Positions 1-11,288 of a DNA stretch of 64,000 nucleotides are shown one piece after another (the first letter of the stretch is position 1; every line of letters starts with the position of its first letter). Source of the DNA: Cenococcum geophilum (taxonomy: Eukaryota); assembly GCA_050273025.1 (NCBI GenBank), contig CP158635.1, forward strand, positions 15,934,001 through 15,998,000, given 5' to 3'. Position numbers and translations under genes: made by a program. Below the pieces are notes generated by a model. It was given only the letters and a program-made list of their open reading frames with translations, was not told the origin of the DNA and did not search any database.

Positions 1-469
1 AGCTGCTTACATAACAGATTAATCATCTTATGTTGTTGTCGTCTGGTATTGTCTCGTTCCCAGACCTTCTTGCCAAGGCTTACCTTGCCAAGCCGCTAGC
101 CGCTTTTGGCAAGACCTTCGTTAGAAGGTCTGGTACACGGTTCGGATTTTTATTAGTCCCGCGCGGGGTATTTAGGCCTATATACACCTACTTTGAGCCA
201 AATTATCTTAACTTCCATAGCTCCCTAAGCTATTCCTAATGGCTAGAATTACTAAATCAAACCTGGCGAAGAAGACTACGTTGCCCGATTTGCCCGATTC
301 CAATTTGTTATCTCGTCGTTGCGCCCGACGCCCCCGAGTTGTAGCAGCCGCACCTTTCCCACGACCTCTTTCTACCGCAGCCAGAGTACCCAAACCGACG
401 AGCCAGCTTTAAATAATAACTAAGGACTACTAGTAGGTATAGATTTGCTTTATAGAAGGGGGTAAGCTT

Positions 470-935
470 TAGGTAGAGCCTCGCGCAGAGCTTCAATAAA
501 GCCTTATGTAGAGCTTTAGTAGAGGCTTACGCAGAGCCCTACGCAGAGCTCCGCGTAGAGCTTCGTGCAGAGCTTCTGCAGAGCTTCGTGCAGAGCTTCG
601 TGCAGAGCTTCGTGCAGAGCCTTGTGCAGAGCTTCGTGCAGAGCCTTGTGTAGAGCTTTAAGGAGCTTTAAGCAGAGCTTTAAGCAGAGCTTCGAGTAGA
701 GCTTTAAGTAGAGCTTTAAGCGGAGCTTTATATAGAGCCTTATATCCCTTAACCCGCTGGTTCTGGCGCCCAGTTATCGATAAGGCTTTAGCCAATAAAG
801 AGCCCTAGATCGACGAACTTTTGGTGTTCCATACACACGGACCATCATCTTATCGATAACGGAGGACGCCAGCGGGTTAAGGGATAGAGCTTTGTATAGA
901 GCCTTGTATATAACTTTATATAGAGCCTTATATAG
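470..935 (+). repeat. 12-bp tandem array (GCAGAGCTTCGT)n, copy A, interrupted by a MITE
   Basis: Visible 12-nt periodicity; edges RIP-degraded to ATAGAGCTTTAT. Confidence 0.9.
745..884. mobile_element. 140-bp MITE with TA TSD (Tc1/mariner type)
   Basis: TA|TCCCTTAACCCGCTGG ... CCAGCGGGTTAAGGGA|TA; absent from the equivalent position in copy B. Confidence 0.85.
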
Positions 936-1049
936 AGCTTTATATAAATATATAGGCGTATAAATATATATTTTTATACTAGTAATTAATTATAGAATTT
1001 ATAGAAATAATTATATAGGAAATTATATAGATATTTATTTATTTATTTA

Positions 1050-2195
1050 TAGTAAGGCTAATAATATTATACGGCTCCTAGATCTAGGGCCTAGGACTAG
1101 GTAGTAAGGTATTAATAAAAAGCTCCTTAGCGTTATTAGCTAAGCTATAAAACTAGTACCTATATAGAACTATAGGGGTTTATAAAAAACACTACGCGCT
1201 ATACTATAATATAAAGTAGTAGTTCTACTAGTAGACTTATATATTAATATAACTACTATATAGAGAATAGTTATAGTATAAGGCTACTTAGTAAAAGAAA
1301 ATATATACTAAATACTAAAACGTATATAAGGATTAAGGGCCCCTTAAAAAGGTAATACGCCTAAGTATACTAGCTAGGAAGCCCTCTACCTATAGATAGT
1401 AAAGAAAGAAAAGAAAATATAGAAACTATTAGCTTACTAGATAGAGACCTAGCGCTATACTAGTAGAGTATTACTATAGTAATAGAGGATAAGAGGCTAT
1501 TAGTATAGATAGAGATCTACTATACTTATTTATAAAATAGGTAGACCTTAAATAGAAGCGATAATAGAAGGAGGTAGTAAAAATATAAGACGTAGCTATA
1601 TAGAATACCCTATAGTTAATACTAATACTCCTCCTATATAAAGGACTAATAAAGGTAAAATATATAACCGCCTTCCTACTATAGATAGAGATTTTAAGCC
1701 TAAATATATAGCTAGTAAGTATCTATATTTTAAATACTATACCTTAATACACTTATAGATAGCCTATTTAGTTAGTATACTATATACTACTTTTCTATAG
1801 CTACTACTTAGTAAGGTACTAGCTATTTACTAGTATAGGTATAAATAATATTACTTATACTCTCTATAAGTAGGGGCCTATAAGTAGTATTAATATTGCT
1901 TATAGGCTAAGGAGTTTTTTAGTAGTTCTAAATAGTATATAAGATTTAATAGGAGGACACTAAATGATATACCCCTTTTAGCCCCTTAGAGACTAAATAC
2001 CGCTATTTAGCTGTAGATAGTACGCTAATAAATTACTAGATACTCCTACTACCCCCCCCTAGATCTTTTAATATACCTAAAAAGTATAGTATATAAGGTA
2101 GACCTAAAGATATAAAGATATATTAGTTTGGTAAAGGTAGAATATATAAAACTAACTAAAAGGAAATACTTAGGATTTTCCCTTTATAGGGCCTT
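1050..2195 (+). mobile_element. RIP-degraded LINE (Tad1-like) 3' fragment
   Basis: De-RIP reading gives RPTMLYGSQIWG and LAKLQNQC..GAYxxTPRAALExEAAVPPLDLY, typical post-RT motifs of fungal LINE ORF2; extreme TpA enrichment. Confidence 0.75.
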
Positions 2196-2199
2196 TTCC

Positions 2200-5100
2200 T
2201 ATAAAGGGAAAACCCTAAGTATTTCCTTTTAGCTAGTTCTATATATTCTACCTTTATTAAACTAATATATCTTTATATCTTTAGGTCTACCTTATATACT
2301 ATATTTTTTAGGTATATTAGAAGATTTAGGGGGGGTAGTAGAAGTATCTAGTAATTCGCTAGCATACTACCTACAGCTAGGTAGGGATATTTAGTCTTTA
2401 AGGGGCTAGAAAAGAGAGTACCCTTTAGTATCCTCCTATTAAATCTTATATACTATTTAGAACTATTAAAGAACTTCTTAGCCTATAAGCTATCTTATTA
2501 CTACCTATAGGCCTCTACTTATAGAGAGTATTTAGGTAATATTGTTTATACCTATACTAGTAAGTAGCTAGTCCCTTACTAAGCGGTAACTATAAAATAG
2601 TAATATATAGCGTACTAACTAAATAGGCCACCCGTATATATATTAAGGTAAGATATTTAAAATATAGATGCTTACTAGCTATATTTAGGCCTAAAATCTC
2701 TATTTATAGTAGAAAGACGACTATAGATTTTACCTTTATTAGTATTAACTATAGGGTATTCTTTATAGCTACGTCTTATATTTTCGCTACCTCCTTTTAT
2801 TACCGCTTCTATTTAAGATCTGCCTATCTTATAATTAGTGTAATAGATTTCTATCTATATTAGTAACCTTTTATCCTCTATTACTATTATAGCGTTCGGT
2901 CTCCGCCTAGCAAGCTAATAGTTTCTATATTTCCTTTTCTCCCTTTACTATTTATAGGTAGTAGGCTTCTTAGCTAGTATATTTAGGCGTATTACCTCTT
3001 TAAGGGGCTATCACTTCTTATATATATATATATCTCGTTCCTTATATATATTTTCTTCTATTAGGTAGCCTTATACTATAACTACTCTCTATATAGTAGT
3101 TAAGTTACTATATAAGTCTAGTAGTAGAACTACTACTTCGCGTTCTAGTATAGCGCGTAGTATTCTTCTATAGGCCCCTACAGTTCTATATAGGTACTAG
3201 TTTTATAGCTTAGCTAGTAGCGCTAGGGAGCTTTTTACTAGTACCTTACCGCCTAGTCCTAAGCCCTAGATTTAGAAGCCGTATAGCATTATTAGCCTTA
3301 CTACTACTATATATAGTAGGCGTATATATTTAAAAGAAGGTCCTTATATTAAAGTAGTAATTTATAATACTACTAAAAATACTACTACTTCTCTATAAGT
3401 CGCCTATATAATATACTTGTTTTAGTTTAACCTAGAGTCTATTTAAACCCCTAGGACCTTAAGGATAGCTTCTAGTTTTACTTTATAGCTCTAGATATTT
3501 ACTATTAAGGCTAGGTCGCTACTTACCCTTTTTTCCCTTATAAAGTAGATAAACTAGTAATTATCTAGTACGAATTTAGCGCTATATTGTTTTGCCTATA
3601 TAATGTACCTATTATATGCCTAGTTTAGCCTAGTATAGTTTTCTACTACTATATTTCCCTATATAATTAGATTTATATTATCTATAAATTCTAGGACTAT
3701 TGTATCCTAGCTATTATTATTATTACTTATTTATTCTATTTATTGCCTAATTTAGTCCCTTTACTAGGTCTATATAGGCTTCTACCTTCTATTTATAGGA
3801 AAAATCCCTAATAAGGGAAAAACTTAGGTATATCCATTTTAGCTAGTCTTACGCACTCCACCTACGCCTAGCCTATTTACCTTTATAATATATTTACCTT
3901 TTATACTATACTTCTAAGGTATCTTAGAAGGTCTAGGGGGTAGTAGAAGGGTATAGTAAGTCGCCTATAAGCCGCCTTTAGCTTAGTAGGGTTGTTTAGT
4001 CCCTAAGGGGCTAAAAATAGGCGTATCCCCCTATATCCTCCTATTAGATCTTATACACTATCTAAAACTACTAAAGGACTTCTTAATTTATAAACAATTA
4101 TACTGTTTTATATAGGCCCCTACTTATAAATAGTATTTAGGTAATATTATTTATACCCGCTATAGTAAATAGCTAGTCTTTTACTATATAGTAGTTATAG
4201 AAGAGTATTATATAGTGTACTAACTATATAGGCTATTTATACATATAGTATAGCATAGTATTTAGGATATAGATGCTTACTAGATATACGTTTAGTTCTA
4301 AGACCTCTATCTATAATAGAAAGGCGGCTTTAAATTCTGCCTTTATCTGTCCTTTATATAGGGAGAAAGTTAATATTATTTATAGGGTGCTCCATGTAGT
4401 TCCTCTCTACGCTTTTACCACCTTCTTTTAGCATCGTTTCTACTTAATATCTACCTATCTTGCGATGTATATAGTAGATCTCCACTTATACTAGTAGCCC
4501 CATATCCTCTATTATTATTATAGTGCTCTACTAGCGTAGCGCTAAGTGTTATAGTAGCTCTTATATTTCTTATTCTTTCTCTACCACTTATAGATAGAGG
4601 GCTTTTTAACTTATAAGCTTAGGCGTAATACTTCTTTATAGGGCCCTTACTCCTTATATACGCTCTACTATCTAGCGTATCTCCTTCTCTACTAGGTGGC
4701 CTTATACTATAGATGCCCTCTATATAGTAGTTGCTTCTATATATACGTCTAGTAGCAGTATTACTACTTTACGTTCTATTACGGTATATAGCGTCCTTTT
4801 ATAGGCCCTTATAATTCTATATAGCTATTATCCTAGCTATTATTATATATCTTTAGTAGTTTAGATATAAAGAAAAGAATTAGAATTAGAAGTAGGGGTA
4901 ATCCCTATATAATACCTATAGGTATTAGTATTAATTCGCTTTTATAGCCCTTAATTATAATTTTATAGTACGCCCTATTAGAAAGGCTTAGATAAACTTA
5001 ATTATCTAGTTTAATAGGCCTTTATTTCTTAGGATTTATAGAAGTCTCTTATATAATATATTATTAAATATTCCGCTTAGGTCTAGGCTTAGTATAGATA

Positions 5101-6170
5101 TAATATATTCTAGGTAAGCTTACTATACCGCTTAGATACTATAGGTAATTAGGAAGAGGGCTAAAAGGGTTAATCTTTTCTCCCTTACGCCTATTTATAT
5201 CTATAGTAGTCGCTTTTATACTTTTGCCGCTTCTTATATACGTTTTATAACTATCTTCCTTAAGAGCCTTTTTAGGGTTAGTAGCTTTCTAAAATAGAGT
5301 AGTCTTTTTTATACCTTTTATAAGACGACTATAGTTATTACTTTAAAGTATTTAGGTAGTTTGCCTCTCTAAAGGTAGGTAGTTACGACGTTAGCAAATA
5401 GTATTACTACCGCTTTTACTACGGCTTTAATTGCCTTATTTAGGGTCTTATTTAGCCTTAATGCTTTACTAGTAGGGAGCTTTTATATAGCGTCCTTTAT
5501 TTCTTTTACTAATATTATATAACTTATATTAATAGGTAAGGGGTAAACTTAGCTACTAATATTCTATAGGTTTGTTTAGCCCGCGCCTAAAAAGAACTTC
5601 TATTAATATTTTAATATTTTCCTCGTTATTATTTATATACTAGTCCTATTCTATCTAATAAAGTATAAGTAGGTAAAAGTCCCCTAGCGTCTCTTTAGCA
5701 GCTCGCCTATTTTACTTTAATATATACTAGAGTCCCTTATTATATAGTTTAGTAGTATTTAAGGTAATTTCTTCTAGAAATTAGCGCTAGCTATTTCTAC
5801 TCTCCTTTTATATTATCTTCTTAGGCCTATTCTTTAGGGCCTTATAGCTCTATTAGTAGTAGGCTTTATTTATTACGCTATACTATTACCTTGCCCTTTT
5901 TCCGCCTATAAGTAGTTAGGCCATTTCTAGTGACTTTTTACGGTAGGCGTATTTTTTAGGCTAGGCCTTTAGGTAGTATTCTTTTAAGTAGTTACTTATA
6001 ATCCTTTAGATATTCTCTAGTAATACCTAAGGTATAGCTACTAGCCTATTAGTAACTTCCTAGGTATACTTTTTTTAAGTTAAATTTCTTAGTAACGTAT
6101 CTTTAGCGAGTTTGTTACACTAGTATAGCGACATTAAGCGTTATTTGTATAGGTATATAGTTTAAGATAA
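2200..6170 (-). mobile_element. RIP-degraded LINE ORF2 relic (RT domain through 3' region), interrupted by a nested LINE
   Basis: De-RIP motifs on the minus strand, in order: KKDYSxxxSYRP, KALEKIV, GIPQGSPLSPILFLFYI, GYVDD..AWAKRHGAKFAP (~3570-3700), LKVLGVWVDSRLNW, WGPSFKHARLLY. Confidence 0.75.
3716..4828 (-). mobile_element. Nested 5'-truncated LINE of a related subfamily
   Basis: AAT-rich tail at ~3716-3745; flanked by the 13-bp direct repeat TATCCTAGCTATT (3703-3715, 4829-4841). Confidence 0.7.
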
Positions 6171-7690
6171 CTACTAGCTTATCTACTTTATAAGGAAAAG
6201 AAGGGTAAGTAGTAACCTAGCCTTAATAGTAAATATCTAAGGCTATAAAGTAAAACTAGAAGCTACTCTTAAGGTCCTAGGGGTTTAGGTAGACTCTAGG
6301 TTAAACTAGAATAAGTATATTATAAAGACTACTTATAAGGGAGGAGTAGTACTTTTAGCAGTATTATAAATAACTACCTTAATATAAGGACCCTCTTTTA
6401 AATATATACGCCTACTATATATAGTAGTAATAAGGTTAATAATACTATACGGCTCCTAGATTAAGGGCCTAAGACTAGATAGTAAGGTACTAATAAAAAG
6501 CTCTTTAAAGCTACTAGCTAAGCTATAAAACTAGTGCCTATATAGAACTATAGGGGCCTATAGAAGAATACTACGCGCTATACTAGAACGCGAAGTAGTA
6601 GTTCTACTACTAGACTTTTATATTAACTTAACTACTATATAGAGAGCAGTTATAGTATAAGGTTACCTAGTAAAAGAAAATATATACTAAATACTAAAAC
6701 GTATATAAGGAACGAGATATATATAAGAAGTAATAGCCCCTTAAAGAGGTAATATGTCTAAATATACTAGCTAGGAAGCCCTTTACCTATAAATAATAGA
6801 GAGAAAAGGAAATATAGGAATTATTATTTTATTAGATAAAGACCTAGCGCTATACTAGTAGAGCACTATAATGGCAATAGAGGATAGGAGGTTACTAATA
6901 TAGATAGAGATTTACTATACTAATTATAAGATAGGTAGATCTTAAATAGAAGTAATAATAGAAGGAGGTAGTAAAAATATAGGACGCAGCTATATAAAAT
7001 ACCCTATAGTTAATACTAACTCTTCTCTTATATAAAGGACTAACGAGGGTAAAATCTATAGCTGTTTTTCTACTATAGATAAAGGTCCTAGGTCTAAATA
7101 TATAGCTAATATCTATATTCTAAATATCTTACCTTAGTATATAATAATAATAATTTATTACTTAACGTTTAATTTAGATCCCTATTAGGCCTATATAAAC
7201 TACTTCTTAGTTACCTTAATATATATACCAGTGGCCTATTTAGTTAATATATTATATACTACTATTTTATAGCTACTACTTAGTAAGGGACTAGATACTC
7301 TCTATAAGTAGGGGCTTATAAATAGTAGTAAAATAGCTTATAGGCTAAGGAATTCTTTAGTAGTTTTTAATAGCATATAAGATCTAATAGGAGGACACTA
7401 AATAATACGCCCTATTCTAGCCCCTTAAGGACTAAATACCTCCGCCTAGCTATAGGCAGCTTACTAGCGAATTTCTAGACCCTTTTACTACTCCTTTTAG
7501 GGTTTCTAATATACCTAGGAAGTATAGTATATAAGGTAGACTAGAAGATATAAAGATATACTAGCTAGGCAAAGGCGGAATAAATAGGACTAGCTAAAAG
7601 GAAATACTTAGGGTTTTCCCCTTATAGGGCTTTTTTTTATATAGACCTAAAAAGGGACCTAATTGGGCAATAAATAAAATTAATAATAAA
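6170..7690 (+). mobile_element. RIP-degraded 5'-truncated LINE with AAT tail
   Basis: Same thumb and post-RT motifs; tail ...GGCAATAAATAAAATTAATAATAAAA. AATTATATAG at 1021-1030 and 7691-7700 brackets the whole LINE nest. Confidence 0.75.
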
Positions 7691-7749
7691 AATTATATAG
7701 GTGGTTATATAGCTAATTATAGAACCTTCGTAGTATATTAGTGCTGTAT

Positions 7750-8400
7750 TAGTAGAGCTTTAAAGCTCTATATAAGGTTTTGAGTAGAGCTTTGAGCAGA
7801 GCCTTGTGCAGAGCTTTGAGCAGAGCCTCGTATAGAGCTTTGAGCAGAGCTTTGTGCAGAGCTTTAAGCAGAGCCTCGTATAGAGCTTTGAGCAGAGCTT
7901 TGTGCAGAGCTTCGAGCAGAGCTTCAAGCAGAGCTTCGAACAGAGCTTCGAGCAGAGCTTCGAGCAGAGCTTCGAGCAGAGCTTCAACCAGAGCTTCGAG
8001 CAGAGCTTCGAGCAGAGCTTCGAGCAGAGCTTCGAGCAGAGCTTCGAGCAGAGCTTCAACCAGAGCTTCGAGCAGAGCTTCGAGCAGAGCTTCAACCAGA
8101 GCTTCGACCAGAGCTTCGAGCAGAGCTTCGTGCAGAGCTTCGTGCAGAGCTTCAACCAGAGCTTCGACCACGGCTTCGACCAGAGCTTCGAGCGGAGCCT
8201 CGACCAGAGCCTTGACCAGAGCCTTGACCAGAGCCTCAACCAGAGCTTCGACCAGAGCTTCGACTGGAGCTTTAAGCAGAGCCTCGTGCAGAGCCTTGTG
8301 CAGAGCTTTATATAGAGTTTGTATTCATGCAGGCGTTCGTGCAGACGTCGTGCAGGCTTCGTGCAGGCTTCGTGTAGGCTTTCGTGCGTAGGCGTTTATA
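7750..8400 (+). repeat. 12-bp tandem array (GCAGAGCTTCGA)n, copy A
   Basis: Clear 12-nt periodicity; produces the spurious EALL/LCSK/RASS/QSFE ORFs. Confidence 0.95.
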
Positions 8401-8564
8401 CAGGCAGCGGAAGAGCAATAAAGCAGGTAATAAGGCCTAGAGTTAGTCTAGATATAATATATTAGCTATTTAGGTATTTATCTACTATAAATATTAATAT
8501 AGGAGGTTAAATGTTAAGGATTGGTAATAGTTAATAGCTCTAGCTAAATATTTACTATTTTAAT

Positions 8565-8885
8565 GGTAATATTTAAGGTAAAATATAGCAGTAACTATAA
8601 CGCCGTTTATAATAATTTTAGTAGCATTAAAATCGCCTTATAAAGCTCTAGAATATAATATTAGCCAATTATCTATAAAGGCGTTAGTTTGTTATTAATT
8701 AATAGTAATAAAGTTTTAAGCAGAGCTTTAAAGGGGAGATTTGCTTATTTAAGGCGAAATATAGTAGTAACTACCAGGCCGTTCGCAATAATTTTAGTAG
8801 TATTAGAATTGCCCTATAAAGTTCTAGAACATAACATTAACCAATTATTTATTAAGGCGTTAGTTCGTTATTAATTAATAGCTAA
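8565..8885 (+). repeat. Diverged tandem duplication with ~177-bp period inside the element (mirrored at ~9130-9450)
   Basis: TTAAGG..AAATATAG..GTAACTA...AATAATTTTAGTAG...AAGGCGTTAGTT.GTTATTAATTAATAG occurs twice. Confidence 0.7.
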
Positions 8886-9614
8886 AGGATTTAGTATAGC
8901 GCGTAAGTTTATATAAGAATTATATATAAATCGGCGCAAGGGACTAACAAATTTCCGAACCGTATACTAGACAATAACAACATAAAATGATTAGCCTATT
9001 ATATAAGCAGCTTATAATTAGTTAATTATCTAGGACCGAGATAAGTCTAGTACACGGTTCAGAAATTTATTAGTCCCTCGCGCCAATTTATATATAATTC
9101 TTATACAAACTCGCGCGCTATACTAAATTGTTTAGCTATTAATTAATAACAAACTAACGCCTTTATAAATAATTAGCCAATGTTATATTCTAGAACTTTA
9201 TAAGGCGATTCTAATGCTACTAAAATTATTACGAACAGCCTAGTAGTTATTACTATATTTTGCCTTAAATAAGCAAATCTCCCCTTTAAAGCTCTACTTA
9301 AAACTCTACTACTATTAATTAATAACAAACTAACGCCTTTATAGATAATTGGCTAATATTATATTCTAAAGCTTTATAAGGCGATTCTAACGCTACTAAA
9401 ATTATTATAAACGGCGTTATAGTTACTACTATATTTTACCTTAAATATTACCACTAAAATAGTAAATATTTAGCCAGAGCTATTAACCATTACCAATCCT
9501 TAATATTTAACCTCCTATATTAATATTTATAGTAGATAAATACCTAAATAGCTAATATATTATATCTAGACTAACTCTAGGCCTTATTACCTACTTTATT
9601 GCTCTTCCGCTGCT

Positions 9615-10155
9615 TGCATAAACGCCTACACGAAAGCCTACACGAAGCCTGCACGAAGCCTGCACGACGTCTACACGAACGCCTGTATGAATATAAACTC
9701 TATATAAAGCTCTGCACAAGGCTCTGCACGAGGCTCTGCTTAAAGCTCTGGTCGAAGCTCTGGTCGAAGCTCTGGTCGAAGCTCTGCTCGAAGCTCTGCT
9801 TAAGGCTCTGGTCGAGGCTCCGCTCGAAGCTCTGGTCGAAGCCGTGGTCGAAGCTCTGGTTGAAGCTCTGCACGAAGCTCTGCACGAAGCTCTGCTCGAA
9901 GCTCTGCTCGAAGCTCTGCTCGAAGCTCTGCACGAAGCTCTGCTCGAAGCTCTGCACGAAGCTCTGCTCGAAGCTCTGCTCGAAGCTCTGCTCGAAGCTC
10001 TGCTCGAAGTTCTGCTCGAAGCTCTATACGAGGCTCTGCTCAAAGCTCTGCACAAAGCTCTGCTCAAAGCTCTATACGAGGCTCTGCTCAAAGCTCTGTA
10101 CAAGGCTCTGCTCGAAGCTCTACTCAAAACCTTATATAGAGCTTTAAAGCTCTAC
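9615..10155 (-). repeat. 12-bp tandem array, copy B (mirror of 7750-8400)
   Basis: (GAAGCTCTGCTC)n periodicity. Confidence 0.95.
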
Positions 10156-10867
10156 TAACACAGCACTAATATACTACGAAGGTTCTATAATTAGCTATAT
10201 AACCACCTATATAATTATTATTATTAATTCTATTTATTGCCCAATATAGTCCCCTTTTAGGTCTATATAGGAAAAAGCCCTATAAGGGGAAAATCTTAAG
10301 TATTTCCTTTTAGCTAGTCCTATTTGTTCCGCCTTTATCTAGCTAGTATATCTTTATATCTTCTAGTCTACCTTATATACTATACTTCCTAGGTATATTA
10401 GAAAATCTAAAAGGAGTAGTAAAAGGGTTTAGAAATTCGCTAGTAAGCCGGCTATAGCTAGACGGGGGTATTTAGTCCTTAAGGGGCTAGAATAGGGCGT
10501 ATTATTTAGTATCCTCCTATTAGATCTTATATGCTATTTAAAACTACTAAAGAATTCCTTAGCCTATAAGCTATTTTACTACTATTTATAAGCCCCTACT
10601 TATAGAGAGTATCTAAGTAATATTATTTATGCCTACGCTAGTAAGTAGCTAGTCCCTTACTAAGCGGTAGCTATAAAATAGTAGTATATAATATACTAAC
10701 TAAATAGGCCACCGGTATATATATTAAGGTAACTAAAAAGTAGTCTATATAGGCCTAATAGGGATCTAAATTAGACGTTAAGTAATAAATAAATATTATT
10801 ATATATTAAGGTAAGATATTTAGAATATAGATATTAGTTATATATTTAGACCTAGGACCTTTATCTA

Positions 10868-11018
10868 TCCCTTATAACGCTAAGGTCTAACACTTAGGCT
10901 ATATTATAAGCCCATATAAGGAACACCACTTAGCTATACGCAAGGGAATTAGAACTTAGGGCTTCCTATTAGCTAAGCCTTATTAATACTATTATGCCCA
11001 TCTTAGCGTTATAAGGGA
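10868..11018. mobile_element. 151-bp MITE with TA TSD, specific to copy B
   Basis: TA|TCCCTTATAACGCTAAG ... CTTAGCGTTATAAGGGA|TA; empty site in copy A near 7070-7085. Confidence 0.85.
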
Positions 11019-11095
11019 TAGTAGAAAAACGGCTATAGATTTTACCCTCGTTAGTCCTTTATATAAGAAAAGAGTTAGTATTAACTATAGGGTAT

Positions 11096-11288
11096 TATTT
11101 ATATTAACTTAATAATATAAGTAAGTTATATCTAGGGGCACGAAATACATATAGTATTATATACTCTTTTAGATGGTGGTAACTTTTTCTTTTAATTATA
11201 TATAAATAGGAGGAATTTAAGGGGTTTCCTGAGCTCGCTTAGCTTATATGATTACGTCTATAAATTCTTATGCAAACTTATTTAGATA
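11096..11288. mobile_element. Probable solo LTR (193 bp), specific to copy B
   Basis: Insertion relative to A, flanked by the 5-bp direct repeat GGTAT (11091-11095, 11289-11293). TA...TA ends are compatible with RIP-mutated TG...CA. Confidence 0.65.

Larger units (their letters stand above)
49..9044 (+). mobile_element. Non-autonomous TIR DNA element, copy A (~9 kb), inserted into the end of copy B
   Basis: Left end TTGTCTCGTTCCCAGAC at 49. Right end ...ATCTAGGACCGAGATAA at 9044 is a RIP form of GTCTGGGACCGAGACAA. Inner inverted motif GTCTGGTACACGGTTCGGA..TTAGTCCC occurs at 128 and reversed near 8940-8972. Flanked by GTCTGGTA (41-48) and GTCTAGTA (9045-9052). No transposase ORF. Confidence 0.85.

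Noticed and set aside
30..496. Short ORFs at the element ends (mirrored at 18105-18504) as transposase remnants
   Set aside because: No recognisable motifs; non-ATG starts; they run across the terminal hairpin.
7749..8391. Long ORFs of EALL/LCSK/RASS/QSFE repeats (also 9591-10158 and 17157-17956)
   Set aside because: They arise from a stop-free 12-bp tandem unit open in several frames on both strands; there is no gene structure.
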